This document shows, one piece after another, positions 1-9,067 of a DNA stretch of 64,000 bases; position 1 is the stretch's first letter, and every line of letters begins with the position of its first letter. Location of the stretch: the NCBI GenBank assembly GCA_049997855.1, contig JBEKSG010000004.1, positions 2,607 to 66,606 on the forward strand, given 5' to 3'. A program made the position numbers and the translations under genes. A model generated the notes under the pieces. That model did not search any database. It saw only the letters and a program-made list of their open reading frames with translations, and had not been told where the DNA came from. The DNA comes from Minisyncoccia bacterium. Its GTDB lineage: Bacteria > Patescibacteriota > Minisyncoccia > Phycocordibacterales > SBAW01.

Positions 1-627
1 ATGGAGGTGCTCCTTGTTGCAATACACAACGACACTATCGCCAAGTTCCGCTCCATCGCGAGCGACGCGGCGCTCCAGACGGCATTTTTTGAGATTGAGG
101 TGTTTAGCGCGGTGCGCGCCAGCCTCGACCACGGCATCGCGCCGGTCGCGGTGGTGGACATGGGCGCCGCAACAACCAAGTTTTATGTGGTGGAGCGCGG
201 GTTGATACACGAGAGCCATATCATCAATCACGGCGCACAAGACTTAACGCTTGCCGCGTCGCGCGCGCTTGGGCTAACGGTGGTGCAGGCTGAGGAGCAC
301 AAGCGCAAGTTTGGGCTCAGTGACGCGCTCAAAGAATCGTTGGAGCTTTCGCTCACGCCGCTACTTAGTGAACTTTCGCGCACGGCAATCGCCTACGAGC
401 AGCGGATGAATCAAACCTTAAGCGCCATGGTGTTTACCGGCGGCGGCGCGACGCTTAAAGGCCTCAAAGAGTTTGCGCAGCCAAAAATCCAGACCGAGTT
501 GCGCCTCTCCGACCCGTTTGGCAAAACACAGGCACCCGCGTTTCTCGAAAAAATCCTTAAAGAAGCCGGCCCCGAGTTTAGCGTCGCGGTAGGCTTGGCG
601 CTGCGCCGTCTGCAGGAGCTTGGATAG
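1..627 (+). CDS. pilM: Type IV pilus assembly ATPase-like protein PilM, C-terminal 208 aa (5' end outside window)
   Basis: Actin-like ATPase fold sequence typical of PilM; directly upstream of pilN/O/B/T/C genes; ORF runs into window edge. Confidence 0.6.
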   Translation: MEVLLVAIHNDTIAKFRSIASDAALQTAFFEIEVFSAVRASLDHGIAPVAVVDMGAATTKFYVVERGLIHESHIINHGAQDLTLAASRALGLTVVQAEEHKRKFGLSDALKESLELSLTPLLSELSRTAIAYEQRMNQTLSAMVFTGGGATLKGLKEFAQPKIQTELRLSDPFGKTQAPAFLEKILKEAGPEFSVAVGLALRRLQELG

Positions 628-640
628 ATTGTGTTAAAAT

Positions 641-1264
641 TTGAACATGAAACTGCTTAAAAAAGTTCCTCCAATTGAAGTTAAGCGGGCTTTTGTTATA
701 TCTGACTATGTGAGTCATCAAAAATATTCCCGCCAACAGATAGGTGTTATTTCTCAGGCTCAATATCAAAAGCGTGTTACAAAAGCAAAAGAAATAATCT
801 TGCAACTGCCCGAAACAATGCTCGACATGATTTTAGCGGGTGAGTATCGCAAACGTTTTACTGCTTATAACAATGCTGATTGGCACCTTGCGGTAGCCGA
901 CACAGACGAGCTTGGTGTGTGGAGAGGCGCAGGAGGTTTGCCAACGCAGTGGACACACGGGAACCTGGCGCAAACAGCCGAGCATGTGTCGGAGGCTTTA
1001 GATAAAAATCCCAAAAAACTCAAGCATCGCTCGTTTACTGCAATCCCCGGCATAATCAAAACATCTTTATCTGTCATACAAAAAGAAAAATATCTGCTGC
1101 CCATTGCATTTAAGGGCGGTACCGGCACTAAGGGTAGAAGAGGGCTAAAGATAAAAGTCGCGGGAGACCTCGATGACGGTTGTATGCGCTCGGTTGCTTT
1201 AGCGGTGAGTGGCAAGAAAAAGATAAAGCTCTATTTTGGCATTCCAAAGAAGAAGGGGAAGTAG
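641..1264 (+). CDS. Hypothetical protein (207 aa), AT-rich inserted gene between pilM and pilN
   Basis: Intact ORF; visibly lower GC than neighbours; basic Lys-rich C-terminus; no recognisable motif. Confidence 0.4.
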   Translation: MNMKLLKKVPPIEVKRAFVISDYVSHQKYSRQQIGVISQAQYQKRVTKAKEIILQLPETMLDMILAGEYRKRFTAYNNADWHLAVADTDELGVWRGAGGLPTQWTHGNLAQTAEHVSEALDKNPKKLKHRSFTAIPGIIKTSLSVIQKEKYLLPIAFKGGTGTKGRRGLKIKVAGDLDDGCMRSVALAVSGKKKIKLYFGIPKKKGK

Positions 1265-1266
1265 TA

Positions 1267-1291
1267 CTGAGGTTAGTTAGACTAACCTCAG
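1267..1291 (+). terminator. Stem-loop (11-bp arms, CTGAGGTTAGT..ACTAACCTCAG) immediately after stop of 641..1264 gene
   Basis: Inverted repeat read directly; no T-run, so terminator function uncertain. Confidence 0.35.
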
Positions 1292-1343
1292 GGCACTATG
1301 ATATATCATAGTGCCCGACAAGCTGATAGACACGGCGTGTCTA
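1291..1343 (+). promoter_or_regulatory. Two perfect palindromes (26 bp GGGCACTATGATATATCATAGTGCCC at 1291-1316; 17 bp TAGACACGGCGTGTCTA at 1327-1343): candidate operator sites of the downstream toxin-antitoxin operon
   Basis: Perfect dyad symmetry read from sequence; located just upstream of the -35 of the TA operon; type II TA antitoxins autoregulate via palindromic operators. Confidence 0.5.
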
Positions 1344-1348
1344 CCGGC

Positions 1349-1376
1349 TTGCATTGTGTACATATAGGTGTACAAT
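1349..1376 (+). promoter_or_regulatory. Sigma70-like promoter: -35 TTGCAT (1349-1354), 16-bp spacer, -10 TACAAT (1371-1376)
   Basis: Consensus-like hexamers with 16-bp spacer 7-20 nt upstream of antitoxin start; TGTACA hexamers inside spacer. Confidence 0.4.
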
Positions 1377-1382
1377 AGGAAT

Positions 1383-1661
1383 ATGACTACTTCCATGTTC
1401 CAAAAAGTGCACAAAAGCGTTGATGTAAGCGACTTTAGGGCTGCTATGGCTTCGCATTTGGCCAAGGCAAAACATACCCCGCTGGTTGTTTCGGCGCGCA
1501 GGGGAGGTGAATCCTTCGTCGTGCTCTCGGTAGAGGCGTACAACAAGCTCGTGGAAGCCTGGGAGGATGAAATGGATGCTAAGGAACTTGCCCGTCTTGT
1601 GCGCTTGAATAAAGGTAAAAAGCTTGTACCATGGGAGCGCATAAAGGCGCGCTATGTATAA
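1383..1661 (+). CDS. Phd/YefM-family antitoxin (start ATG 1383; ORF track lists GTG 1368)
   Basis: Small acidic protein with Phd/YefM-like core (PLVVSARRGGESFVVLSVEAYNKL); overlaps downstream RelE-like gene by 8 nt. Confidence 0.7.
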   Translation: MTTSMFQKVHKSVDVSDFRAAMASHLAKAKHTPLVVSARRGGESFVVLSVEAYNKLVEAWEDEMDAKELARLVRLNKGKKLVPWERIKARYV

Positions 1662-1917
1662 TATATTTTTGACTTCTGCGGCAGTAAGAAATTTAGATAA
1701 AATTCCGCGAGACGAACAAAAGAAAATTGCTCGTGTACTTGAGACAAAATTTAAGCCCGACCCTTTTTCGCATACTCTAGATATTAAGAAATTAGAAAAG
1801 CCGGAAATTGGCTATAGGCTCAGAGTAGGTGACTACAGAGTTTCTTATACTATCGACACCGGAAAAAGAATTGTAACGATTTATAGAATCAAGCACCGTA
1901 AAGATGCATACCGATAG
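1654..1917 (+). CDS. RelE/ParE-family toxin (87 aa)
   Basis: Size, basic composition and RelE/StbE-like C-terminal region (YRVSYTID..IVTIYRIKHRKDAYR); 8-nt overlap with antitoxin. Confidence 0.7.
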   Translation: MYNIFLTSAAVRNLDKIPRDEQKKIARVLETKFKPDPFSHTLDIKKLEKPEIGYRLRVGDYRVSYTIDTGKRIVTIYRIKHRKDAYR

Positions 1918-1944
1918 TGTGCATAGCCCTACGCTTGCTTATAT

Positions 1945-2661
1945 TTGTACGATATACTAGAAGCAATGGATCCTCAGGTTCAGTCGTCATTTATACCCAA
2001 AAAGTCGCTCGACATTTCCACTTCGCGGAGTGAGGGCTCTTTTGGACTCCTGTTTCTCATCGCACTGCTGGTGTTTATTGCCTCGCTGGTCGCCGCGGGC
2101 GCCTCGTTTCTTTATACGGGATATTTAAACAATGCCATCGCATCTAAAGCTCAGTCGCTCGCGCTTGCCGAGGGAGCATTTGACCCGGGCACCATACAAG
2201 ACCTCGTGCGTCTCGACAGCAGGCTCAACCAATCAAAAACGCTTCTCGCCAACCACGTTGCCGTATCGGGCGTCTTTGCTCTGCTTGAGGCACAAACGCT
2301 CGCCAATGTGTCGTTTAGCAATTTTGAATTTGACCTCAACTCCGACGGCACCGCAAAAATAACCATGACCGGTACCGCGAACAGCTTTTCGACCGTGGCA
2401 CTGCAATCCGACCAGTTTGGCGGCAGTAAGTTGCTCAAAGATGTTGTCTTTTCAGGCATCACGGTCAATACCAACGGGAGCGTAGGATTTTCGGTAACGG
2501 CGACTGTCGACCCGTCGGTATTCTCATATGCCAACTCGCTTACCGCAAGCAACAGCACAAACGCACCGTCGCTCATGGTCGGCCTGCCTGCGCAGGCAGG
2601 CACGTCGTCTGTGCCTGTCGGTAGCACCACACCTGGCCTGCCTGCGCAGGCAGGACAATAA
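1945..2661 (+). CDS. pilN: PilN-like type IV pilus assembly protein with S/T/P-rich tail carrying two copies of the palindromic repeat
   Basis: N-terminal TM helix then periplasmic domain; position after pilM; C-terminus ..GLPAQAGTSSVPVGSTTPGLPAQAGQ encoded by two palindrome copies. Confidence 0.5.
   Translation: MYDILEAMDPQVQSSFIPKKSLDISTSRSEGSFGLLFLIALLVFIASLVAAGASFLYTGYLNNAIASKAQSLALAEGAFDPGTIQDLVRLDSRLNQSKTLLANHVAVSGVFALLEAQTLANVSFSNFEFDLNSDGTAKITMTGTANSFSTVALQSDQFGGSKLLKDVVFSGITVNTNGSVGFSVTATVDPSVFSYANSLTASNSTNAPSLMVGLPAQAGTSSVPVGSTTPGLPAQAGQ
2582..2601. repeat. Palindromic repeat copy 1 (GCCTGCCTGCGCAGGCAGGC), in frame in pilN-like tail, encodes GLPAQAG
   Basis: Perfect 20-bp palindrome read from sequence. 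Confidence 0.9.
2636..2654. repeat. Palindromic repeat copy 2 (GCCTGCCTGCGCAGGCAGG), 34 bp downstream of copy 1, encodes GLPAQAG, ends 5 nt before stop
   Basis: Read from sequence. Confidence 0.9.
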
Positions 2662-2662
2662 T

Positions 2663-3214
2663 ATGAGACTCTTCATGCCAACCATACTCGTCATTGCCGC
2701 CGTCGGCCTCTTTGTCGTGTACACCAACCCGACCTACCAAGCCACTCATACGCTCCAGGCGCAGGCAAGCGCGTACGACGACGCGCTCACCAAATCGCAA
2801 CAGCTTCGCGCCATCCGCGACCAGCTCTTGAGCAAGCGCAACACCTTTTCGGCCGACGATGTGCAAAAATTGCAAGAGGTGCTCCCCGACAATGTCGATA
2901 ACATCCGCTTTATCATCGACGTTAACAATATTGCCGCGCGGCACAATATCTCGCTCAGCGACGTACAACTCGGCACCATCGGCGGCACGGCACAAACAGA
3001 CCAAAGTGTAGCCGCCGCGTCGAGCGGGGGCGCCGTTGGCTCGGTTGATATTGGATTTACGATAAACGCCTCATACAGCGATATGCTCGCCTTTCTTGGG
3101 GACCTCGAACACAGCGTGCGTCTCATCGACGTCGAGAAGCTTAGTTTTACCGCACCCTCAAGCGGCACCACCACCAACTACACTTTCGTTGTCCGCACGT
3201 ATTGGCTCCATTAA
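2663..3214 (+). CDS. pilO: PilO-like type IV pilus assembly protein (start at ATG 2663; upstream part of listed ORF is read-through of the palindrome)
   Basis: N-terminal TM (MPTILVIAAVGLFVVY) plus coiled-coil/periplasmic domain; operon position. Confidence 0.5.
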   Translation: MRLFMPTILVIAAVGLFVVYTNPTYQATHTLQAQASAYDDALTKSQQLRAIRDQLLSKRNTFSADDVQKLQEVLPDNVDNIRFIIDVNNIAARHNISLSDVQLGTIGGTAQTDQSVAAASSGGAVGSVDIGFTINASYSDMLAFLGDLEHSVRLIDVEKLSFTAPSSGTTTNYTFVVRTYWLH

Positions 3215-3226
3215 CATGCTACCCAT

Positions 3227-3589
3227 ATGAATTTTTTGAAACAAAATAAAATAACCATAGGAGGGATCATCGCAGTTTTGCTCCTGGGATATATTTATAT
3301 TGTTTATTTTTCCGGCTCTTCCACGCCGGCGCTTACGTCGACCGACACCGACACCGCGCTCTCGCAAAACTTGCTCGTGACGCTTCAAAATCTGCAGACG
3401 ATCAAACTCGACAACAGCATCTTTTCGGACCCGGCGTTTATCTCGCTTACCGACTTTGGCGTAACCATCCCGCCGCAGGCGGTAGGCAACCCCGATCCGT
3501 TTTTGCCGCCGAGTGGCGCAGTTTCGGCAGGCAAAGCGGGGAACTCCAACATGCTCCCTGCGATACAATTACCAACTGGCGGGAATTAA
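3227..3589 (+). CDS. Small membrane-anchored pilus-associated protein (PilP-like position)
   Basis: N-terminal TM, Pro-rich C-terminus; between pilO-like and pilB. Confidence 0.3.
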   Translation: MNFLKQNKITIGGIIAVLLLGYIYIVYFSGSSTPALTSTDTDTALSQNLLVTLQNLQTIKLDNSIFSDPAFISLTDFGVTIPPQAVGNPDPFLPPSGAVSAGKAGNSNMLPAIQLPTGGN

Positions 3590-3595
3590 CGTGAT

Positions 3596-5470
3596 ATGAA
3601 TCTGCTTCAATTGCTCAGCGACAGCGGCGTTGTCGATGCAAAGGCTGTGCCGGAGATAGAGGTCGAGCTTCTAAAGCCGGGCGCCGACTTGGAGACGGTG
3701 CTCCAAAAAAACGGCGTCACGCTCGCGCAGATACTCAAAGCAAAAGGCGACTACTACAGCATTCCCACGCGCGAACTAAGTGGCAAAGCGGTTTCGTTTG
3801 ACACCTTGCGCTTCGTGCCCGAGGAGAGCGCGCGGCACTATCGTTTTGCGCCGCTTGGCGTTGTCGATGGCGCGCTCGAGGTGGGCGTCACCGATCCCGA
3901 CAACATGGAAGCGCGCGACGCGCTCACGTTTATATCGGCGAAGGTGGGCATGCCGTACAAAATATTTTTGATTACCGAAACCGATTTTGCAAAACTACTT
4001 TTGCAATATAAAGGCCTCTCCGGTGAAGTGGGCAAAGCGCTCGGCGAGTTTGAGACCGGCGAGGTGGTGGAGAAAAAGGGAGAGAAAGGGAGCCCGCGCC
4101 TGGTGGGCCTGGAAGAAAACGAAGTGACCGAGACCGAGACCTCGGCTATCACCGAGGACGCGCCGGTCACCAAAATTGTGGCGACCATTTTGCGCCATGC
4201 AAGCGAGCAGCGCGCATCCGATATCCACATCGAGCCTCTGGTAGACCAAACGCGCGTGCGTTTTCGCATCGACGGCGTGTTGATTACCAACATCACCTTG
4301 CCCACCAAGGTGCACAACGCCGTGGTGGCGCGCATCAAGGTGCTCTCCAACATGCGCCTCGACGAAAAACGCAAACCGCAAGACGGGCGCTTTAGCGCGC
4401 GTGTGGGCGGCAACAAAGTCGACTTCCGCGTCTCAACCTTCCCAACCTATTACGGCGAGAAGGTGGTGATGCGTATTTTAGGTAGCGCCACAATCGAACT
4501 CAAGCTCAACTCTTTCGGCCTCTCCGCGCGTAACCTCGAGATGATACGCGCCGCGATAAAAAAACCATACGGTCTCGTGCTCATCTCTGGTCCTACCGGA
4601 AGCGGAAAATCAACAACGCTCTACTCGATACTCAACGAGGTTGACAGGGAAAAGCAAAACGTACTTTCGCTCGAAGACCCGGTCGAGTACACCATCCCCG
4701 GCGTTGCGCAAAGCCAGGTGCGGCCCGAAATCGGCTACACCTTTGCCAACGGCTTGCGCACCACGCTCCGCCAAGATCCCAACATCATCATGGTGGGCGA
4801 GATTCGCGACGCCGAAACCGCCAACTTGGCGGTGCAGGCGGCGCTCACCGGCCACCTTGTGCTTTCCACCATCCACACCAACAACGCGATAGGCATCGTG
4901 CCGCGCCTTCTCGACATGGGCGTCGAGCCGTACCTGATACCGCCCGTGCTCATACTTGGCATGGCACAACGCCTCGTGCGCACATTATGCGAGGGCGGCG
5001 GCAAAAAAATGAAGATAGATGAGAGCATGGCGGCCATGTTTAAGGACCAATTTGCCGATTTGCCGCCTGAGTATCAAAAAGAGGTGCCGCCGCTCGACGA
5101 AGTGTATCTTAAGGATCCTTCACCCGATTGTCCGGCAGGCACGCGCGGCCGCATTGCCGTGTTTGAGATGTTCGACATGAACCTCGAGCTCGAGCACGCG
5201 ATACTCGCCGGCAAGCCGGAGGATGATATGTTTGCCGTTGTGCGCAAACACGGCATGCTCACGATGAAAGAGGATGCTATCATTAAAGCGGCAAAGGGCG
5301 TCATACCGTTTGAAGAGGTCAACACGCTCGGCGGTCAGTTTGAGTTGCCCGAAGAAGACGAGGCCGACTACGGCGCGGCAAAGCCGGAAGTGCTCGGCGA
5401 GGATGTTAAAGAAGAGGACACCAAAGAGGAGGTCATCGCCAAAACCAGCGCCAAAGAGATACAAGCATAA
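3596..5470 (+). CDS. pilB: Type IV pilus assembly ATPase PilB (GspE family)
   Basis: N-terminal GspII-like domain, Walker A GPTGSGKSTT, Asp/His boxes, C-terminal zinc-binding region. Confidence 0.9.
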   Translation: MNLLQLLSDSGVVDAKAVPEIEVELLKPGADLETVLQKNGVTLAQILKAKGDYYSIPTRELSGKAVSFDTLRFVPEESARHYRFAPLGVVDGALEVGVTDPDNMEARDALTFISAKVGMPYKIFLITETDFAKLLLQYKGLSGEVGKALGEFETGEVVEKKGEKGSPRLVGLEENEVTETETSAITEDAPVTKIVATILRHASEQRASDIHIEPLVDQTRVRFRIDGVLITNITLPTKVHNAVVARIKVLSNMRLDEKRKPQDGRFSARVGGNKVDFRVSTFPTYYGEKVVMRILGSATIELKLNSFGLSARNLEMIRAAIKKPYGLVLISGPTGSGKSTTLYSILNEVDREKQNVLSLEDPVEYTIPGVAQSQVRPEIGYTFANGLRTTLRQDPNIIMVGEIRDAETANLAVQAALTGHLVLSTIHTNNAIGIVPRLLDMGVEPYLIPPVLILGMAQRLVRTLCEGGGKKMKIDESMAAMFKDQFADLPPEYQKEVPPLDEVYLKDPSPDCPAGTRGRIAVFEMFDMNLELEHAILAGKPEDDMFAVVRKHGMLTMKEDAIIKAAKGVIPFEEVNTLGGQFELPEEDEADYGAAKPEVLGEDVKEEDTKEEVIAKTSAKEIQA

Positions 5471-5476
5471 GTCACT

Positions 5477-6541
5477 ATGCCAAATTACAAACAAAAATTG
5501 CAACAACTTATCGAGGCGCTCATTGCCCAGGGCGGCTCCGATTTGCACCTTTCCTCCGGCATACAGCCGATGATGCGCGTCTCTGGCGTCCTCACCCCAA
5601 TGTTAAGTGAGCCGCTTTTAACGAGCGCCGACATGCTCGGGCTTATCACCGAGCTTCTGCCCCCGGAGCGCAAAGACCTTTTCCTTAAAACGCAAGAGGC
5701 CGACTTTTCATTTGCCTACGGCGAAAAGGTGCGCTTTCGCGGCAACGCCTACTTTGAGCGCGGCTCGATAGGCGTGGCGTTGCGCCTCATACCGCGTACA
5801 ATCCGCACTGTCGCCGAGCTTAATTTGCCCGCCGTGCTCGAAACGTTTGCCGAACGGCAACAGGGATTTTTTTTGGTGGTGGGACCGGTGGGGCAGGGCA
5901 AAACCACGACGCTTGCCGCGCTAATAGAAAAGATCAACCAAGATCGCAGTGAGCACATCATCACTATCGAAGACCCAATCGAGTATTTGTTTGAAAATAA
6001 AAAGTCACTGGTGGAGCAGCGCGAGGTGCACGTTGATACCGCCGATTTCCCGCAGGCACTGCAGTCGGTATTCCGCCAGGATGTCGACGTGCTCATGATA
6101 GGCGAGATGCGTACGCCGGAAACCATCGCGACCGCCGTGACCGCCTCCGAAACGGGGCACCTCGTCTTTTCGACCCTCCACACCAACAACGCCGCGCAAA
6201 CAGTCGACCGCATTATCGACTCCTTCCCGCCTAACCAGCAAGAACAAATCCGCATTCAGCTTGCAGGATCTTTGGCGGGCATATTTAGTCAGCGCTTATT
6301 GCCGCGCATTGCGGGCGGCCTTATCCCGGCCTACGAGCTCCTGCTCAACAACAGCGCCATTGCAAACCTCATCCGCGAAAAACGCACGTACGAGATACAA
6401 ACCATCATCGAAACCGGCGTTGCTGACGGCATGATAGACATGAACCGCTGCCTTGCCGACCTGGTGCGTCAGGGTGAGATAACCATCGAAAGCGCGTACG
6501 CCAGAAGCTGGAATCCCAAGAGCCTCGAGCGCTTGATGTAA
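5477..6541 (+). CDS. pilT: Twitching motility / pilus retraction ATPase PilT
   Basis: Walker A GPVGQGKTTT, AHLVFSTLHT motif, ~350 aa PilT architecture. Confidence 0.9.
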   Translation: MPNYKQKLQQLIEALIAQGGSDLHLSSGIQPMMRVSGVLTPMLSEPLLTSADMLGLITELLPPERKDLFLKTQEADFSFAYGEKVRFRGNAYFERGSIGVALRLIPRTIRTVAELNLPAVLETFAERQQGFFLVVGPVGQGKTTTLAALIEKINQDRSEHIITIEDPIEYLFENKKSLVEQREVHVDTADFPQALQSVFRQDVDVLMIGEMRTPETIATAVTASETGHLVFSTLHTNNAAQTVDRIIDSFPPNQQEQIRIQLAGSLAGIFSQRLLPRIAGGLIPAYELLLNNSAIANLIREKRTYEIQTIIETGVADGMIDMNRCLADLVRQGEITIESAYARSWNPKSLERLM

Positions 6542-6557
6542 CATACAGATATCTCCT

Positions 6558-7775
6558 ATGGAATTTACGTACGAAGGACTCGATAGCCAGGGCAAGCCGC
6601 AAGGCGGCATCGTTAATGCCGCATCGCAAGACGCGGCCATACAGAGTATCCAACGCAATGGCATTACCATTACTGCGCTTAGAGCAAGCGGACAAAAAGG
6701 CGGCCTCGTAAGCTCACTCCAGCACATCACACTGTTTGGCCGTGTGCGAAGCCGCGACCTTGTGCTTCTCTCGCGCCAAATCGCGACACTCTTTGAGGCA
6801 CAAGTGTCTGCCTTGCGCGTCTTTCGTCTGCTTGCCGAGCAGGCCGAGAAGCCGGTCCTTCGCCAAGCCTTAACCGAAATCAGCGACGATCTCCAGGGAG
6901 GCACCAGCATATCCAAAGCGCTCGACAAGCACCCAAAAATCTTTTCCGACTTTTATGTCAACATGGTGCGCGCAGGCGAGGAGTCGGGCAAGCTCGACCA
7001 AACATTCCTTTTTTTGGCCGACTACATCGACCGCAATTACGCCCTCACCTCTAAGGCGCGCAACGCGCTGGTATATCCGGGCTTTATTTTCGTCACTTTT
7101 ATCGGCGTGATGATTCTCATGCTCACGGTCATTATTCCCAACATAGGCTCTATTTTGACCGACTCCGGCGGCACCCTGCCGCTTGAAACGCAAATCGTGC
7201 TCGGGCTCTCCTCCTTTTTGGTTGATTACGGCATATTTTTGCTCATAGCACTCATTATTGGAGGCTATTTTGTCATGCAATACTTTAAAACCCCCAAAGG
7301 CAAACTCACGCTCGGGCAGCTCAAACTCTCGGTTCCGTACATCGGCGACCTGTACAAAAAGCTGTATCTCACGCGCATTGCCGACAACATGCATATTATG
7401 CTCTCCTCGGGCATATCGGCGGTGCGCTCGCTTGAGATAACCGCCGCGGTGGTGGACAACGAGATTTACGAAAAAATCCTTACCGAAGCGGTCGAGGGGG
7501 TCAAGGCAGGCAGTTCGATGTCGCAGACTTTTGCCAAATATCCCAAGGAAATCCCGGCTATTTTGGTGCAAATGCTCCAAATTGGCGAGGAAACGGGCGA
7601 GATGGGCAGTGTATTGGAGCGCCTCGCCAAGTTTTACGAACGGGAGGTCAATAGCGCGGTAGATACGCTAGTGTCCCTTATCGAGCCGGCGCTTATCATC
7701 GCGCTCGCGGTTGGCGTGGGCTTTTTGCTTGCTTCCGTGCTCCTGCCTATCTACAACACCACCGCAAATATGTAA
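6558..7775 (+). CDS. pilC: Type IV pilus inner-membrane platform protein PilC (GspF family)
   Basis: Two GspF repeats with TM segments; 405 aa. Confidence 0.85.
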   Translation: MEFTYEGLDSQGKPQGGIVNAASQDAAIQSIQRNGITITALRASGQKGGLVSSLQHITLFGRVRSRDLVLLSRQIATLFEAQVSALRVFRLLAEQAEKPVLRQALTEISDDLQGGTSISKALDKHPKIFSDFYVNMVRAGEESGKLDQTFLFLADYIDRNYALTSKARNALVYPGFIFVTFIGVMILMLTVIIPNIGSILTDSGGTLPLETQIVLGLSSFLVDYGIFLLIALIIGGYFVMQYFKTPKGKLTLGQLKLSVPYIGDLYKKLYLTRIADNMHIMLSSGISAVRSLEITAAVVDNEIYEKILTEAVEGVKAGSSMSQTFAKYPKEIPAILVQMLQIGEETGEMGSVLERLAKFYEREVNSAVDTLVSLIEPALIIALAVGVGFLLASVLLPIYNTTANM

Positions 7776-7819
7776 TATAGGTTCTATTCCCTTATTTTTA
7801 CTATCCACACAGCCTCCTC

Positions 7820-7846
7820 TTGCATAGTACAAAAGACCAGTATACT
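7820..7846 (+). promoter_or_regulatory. Candidate promoter for pilin gene (-35 TTGCAT, 15-bp spacer, -10 TATACT)
   Basis: Hexamers read from sequence; spacer slightly short. Confidence 0.25.
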
Positions 7847-7908
7847 TGAGGGGCAGGAGACTAAAGTCGTTTTATTTATTAATCAGTTAGTAACCTACAG
7901 ATTAGATT

Positions 7909-8418
7909 ATGTATAAAAAAGGTTTTACCCTCATCGAGCTCTTGGTTGTTATCGCCATCATCGGCATTCTCGCGTCCATTGTGCTCGTCTCTCTTAACAG
8001 CGCCCGCTCCAAAGGTCGCGATGCACAGCGCGTCGCCAACCTCCAGGAGATGGCAAAAGGTATTGCGTTGAACGATAGTGGCGCAAATGTTACCTTTGCT
8101 TCCCCTTGTAACGCCAAAAACGCAAACGTTACAGGGTGTGCCGGTCTTACCGGAGGAGGTACTCTTACCGGGATCACGTTTTCACAGTATACGGATCCTT
8201 CGGGCACCGCTGTGTGTACAAACGCTTCTACAGCGGTATGCCAGTACTCTATTGCGACTGATGCAGGTGCGGCGGGTGCAGGGACCGAGAACTACGAGAT
8301 TTGCTCTTGGCTTGAAAATGGCAACGCTTCGTTTGCAAACCCCAACGGTTCCACAAATACTGGACTGGTCAGTGTTACCGACGCCACCTCGGGTGGCGTA
8401 ATCGCAGGTTGCAAATAG
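7909..8418 (+). CDS. pilA: Type IV pilin (prepilin leader MYKKG|FTLIELL)
   Basis: Class III signal peptide and N-methylation/cleavage motif GFTLIE, hydrophobic alpha1-N. Confidence 0.8.
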   Translation: MYKKGFTLIELLVVIAIIGILASIVLVSLNSARSKGRDAQRVANLQEMAKGIALNDSGANVTFASPCNAKNANVTGCAGLTGGGTLTGITFSQYTDPSGTAVCTNASTAVCQYSIATDAGAAGAGTENYEICSWLENGNASFANPNGSTNTGLVSVTDATSGGVIAGCK

Positions 8419-8445
8419 TCTCTACTCCTTAGTTTTGGTTTTGAG

Positions 8446-8478
8446 AAATCCCCAACTCGAGGTTGGGGATTTTCTTAG
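8446..8478 (+). terminator. Rho-independent terminator after pilin gene (AAATCCCCAAC-tcga-GGTTGGGGATTT then T-run)
   Basis: GC-rich hairpin followed by TTTCTT. Confidence 0.6.
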
Positions 8479-8494
8479 GGGGTATACTAGATAC

Positions 8495-9061
8495 ATGAAA
8501 TTTATTAAGGCAGGGAAGAAAGGCTTTACGCTCATCGAGCTCTTAACCGTTATTGCTATTATCGGCATACTCGCCTCAATTATTATGGTGTCGCTCAAAT
8601 CTGCCCAATCAAAAGGGCGCGACGCAAAGCGCGTTGCCGACATCCGCACCATCCAGCTTGCGCTCGAGGAGTACTACAATGACAACGGTGCCTACCCTAC
8701 CTCAATTTCTAATAGCGCTCTTGCAAACTACCTCCCCTCGGTACCTACCGACCCATCCACTAATGTTTCTTATTTTTACACCGTATACGACCTTACTTCG
8801 GCAGGAAGTTCAAACTGCACAACTCATCCGATAGTCAAATATCATCTAGCGGCAGCAATGGAAAGCACTGCTTCTACTAATTCAGCTCTGAATCAAGATG
8901 CTGATTGGAACGGCGATCCAGGCGCCGCCACATACACCAAATGCAGTACAGGCGGTAGCGGTCCAAGCGGTGGCGCGGTCTTTGACGGTCTCACGTCCAA
9001 CTGTGTGGGCACCACTGAAGTTTCTGCTTCAGCCGACGGCTGTTACGACGAAACCAACTGA
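8495..9061 (+). CDS. Second type IV pilin (leader MKFIKAGKKG|FTLIELL); listed ORF start 8435 is an N-terminal over-extension
   Basis: GFTLIE motif; ATG at 8495 downstream of terminator. Confidence 0.75.
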   Translation: MKFIKAGKKGFTLIELLTVIAIIGILASIIMVSLKSAQSKGRDAKRVADIRTIQLALEEYYNDNGAYPTSISNSALANYLPSVPTDPSTNVSYFYTVYDLTSAGSSNCTTHPIVKYHLAAAMESTASTNSALNQDADWNGDPGAATYTKCSTGGSGPSGGAVFDGLTSNCVGTTEVSASADGCYDETN

Positions 9062-9067
9062 TTTAGC

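Noticed and set aside
2524-3004. Minus-strand and alternative-frame ORFs translating the palindromes as ACLRRQ / CLPAQAG (2524..2727-, 2573..3004-, N-terminal part of 2528..3214+)
   Set aside because: These arise because the palindrome has no stop codon in any frame. The PilO-like protein has a clean ATG at 2663 right after the pilN-like stop, so the upstream extension and the antisense ORFs are artefacts.
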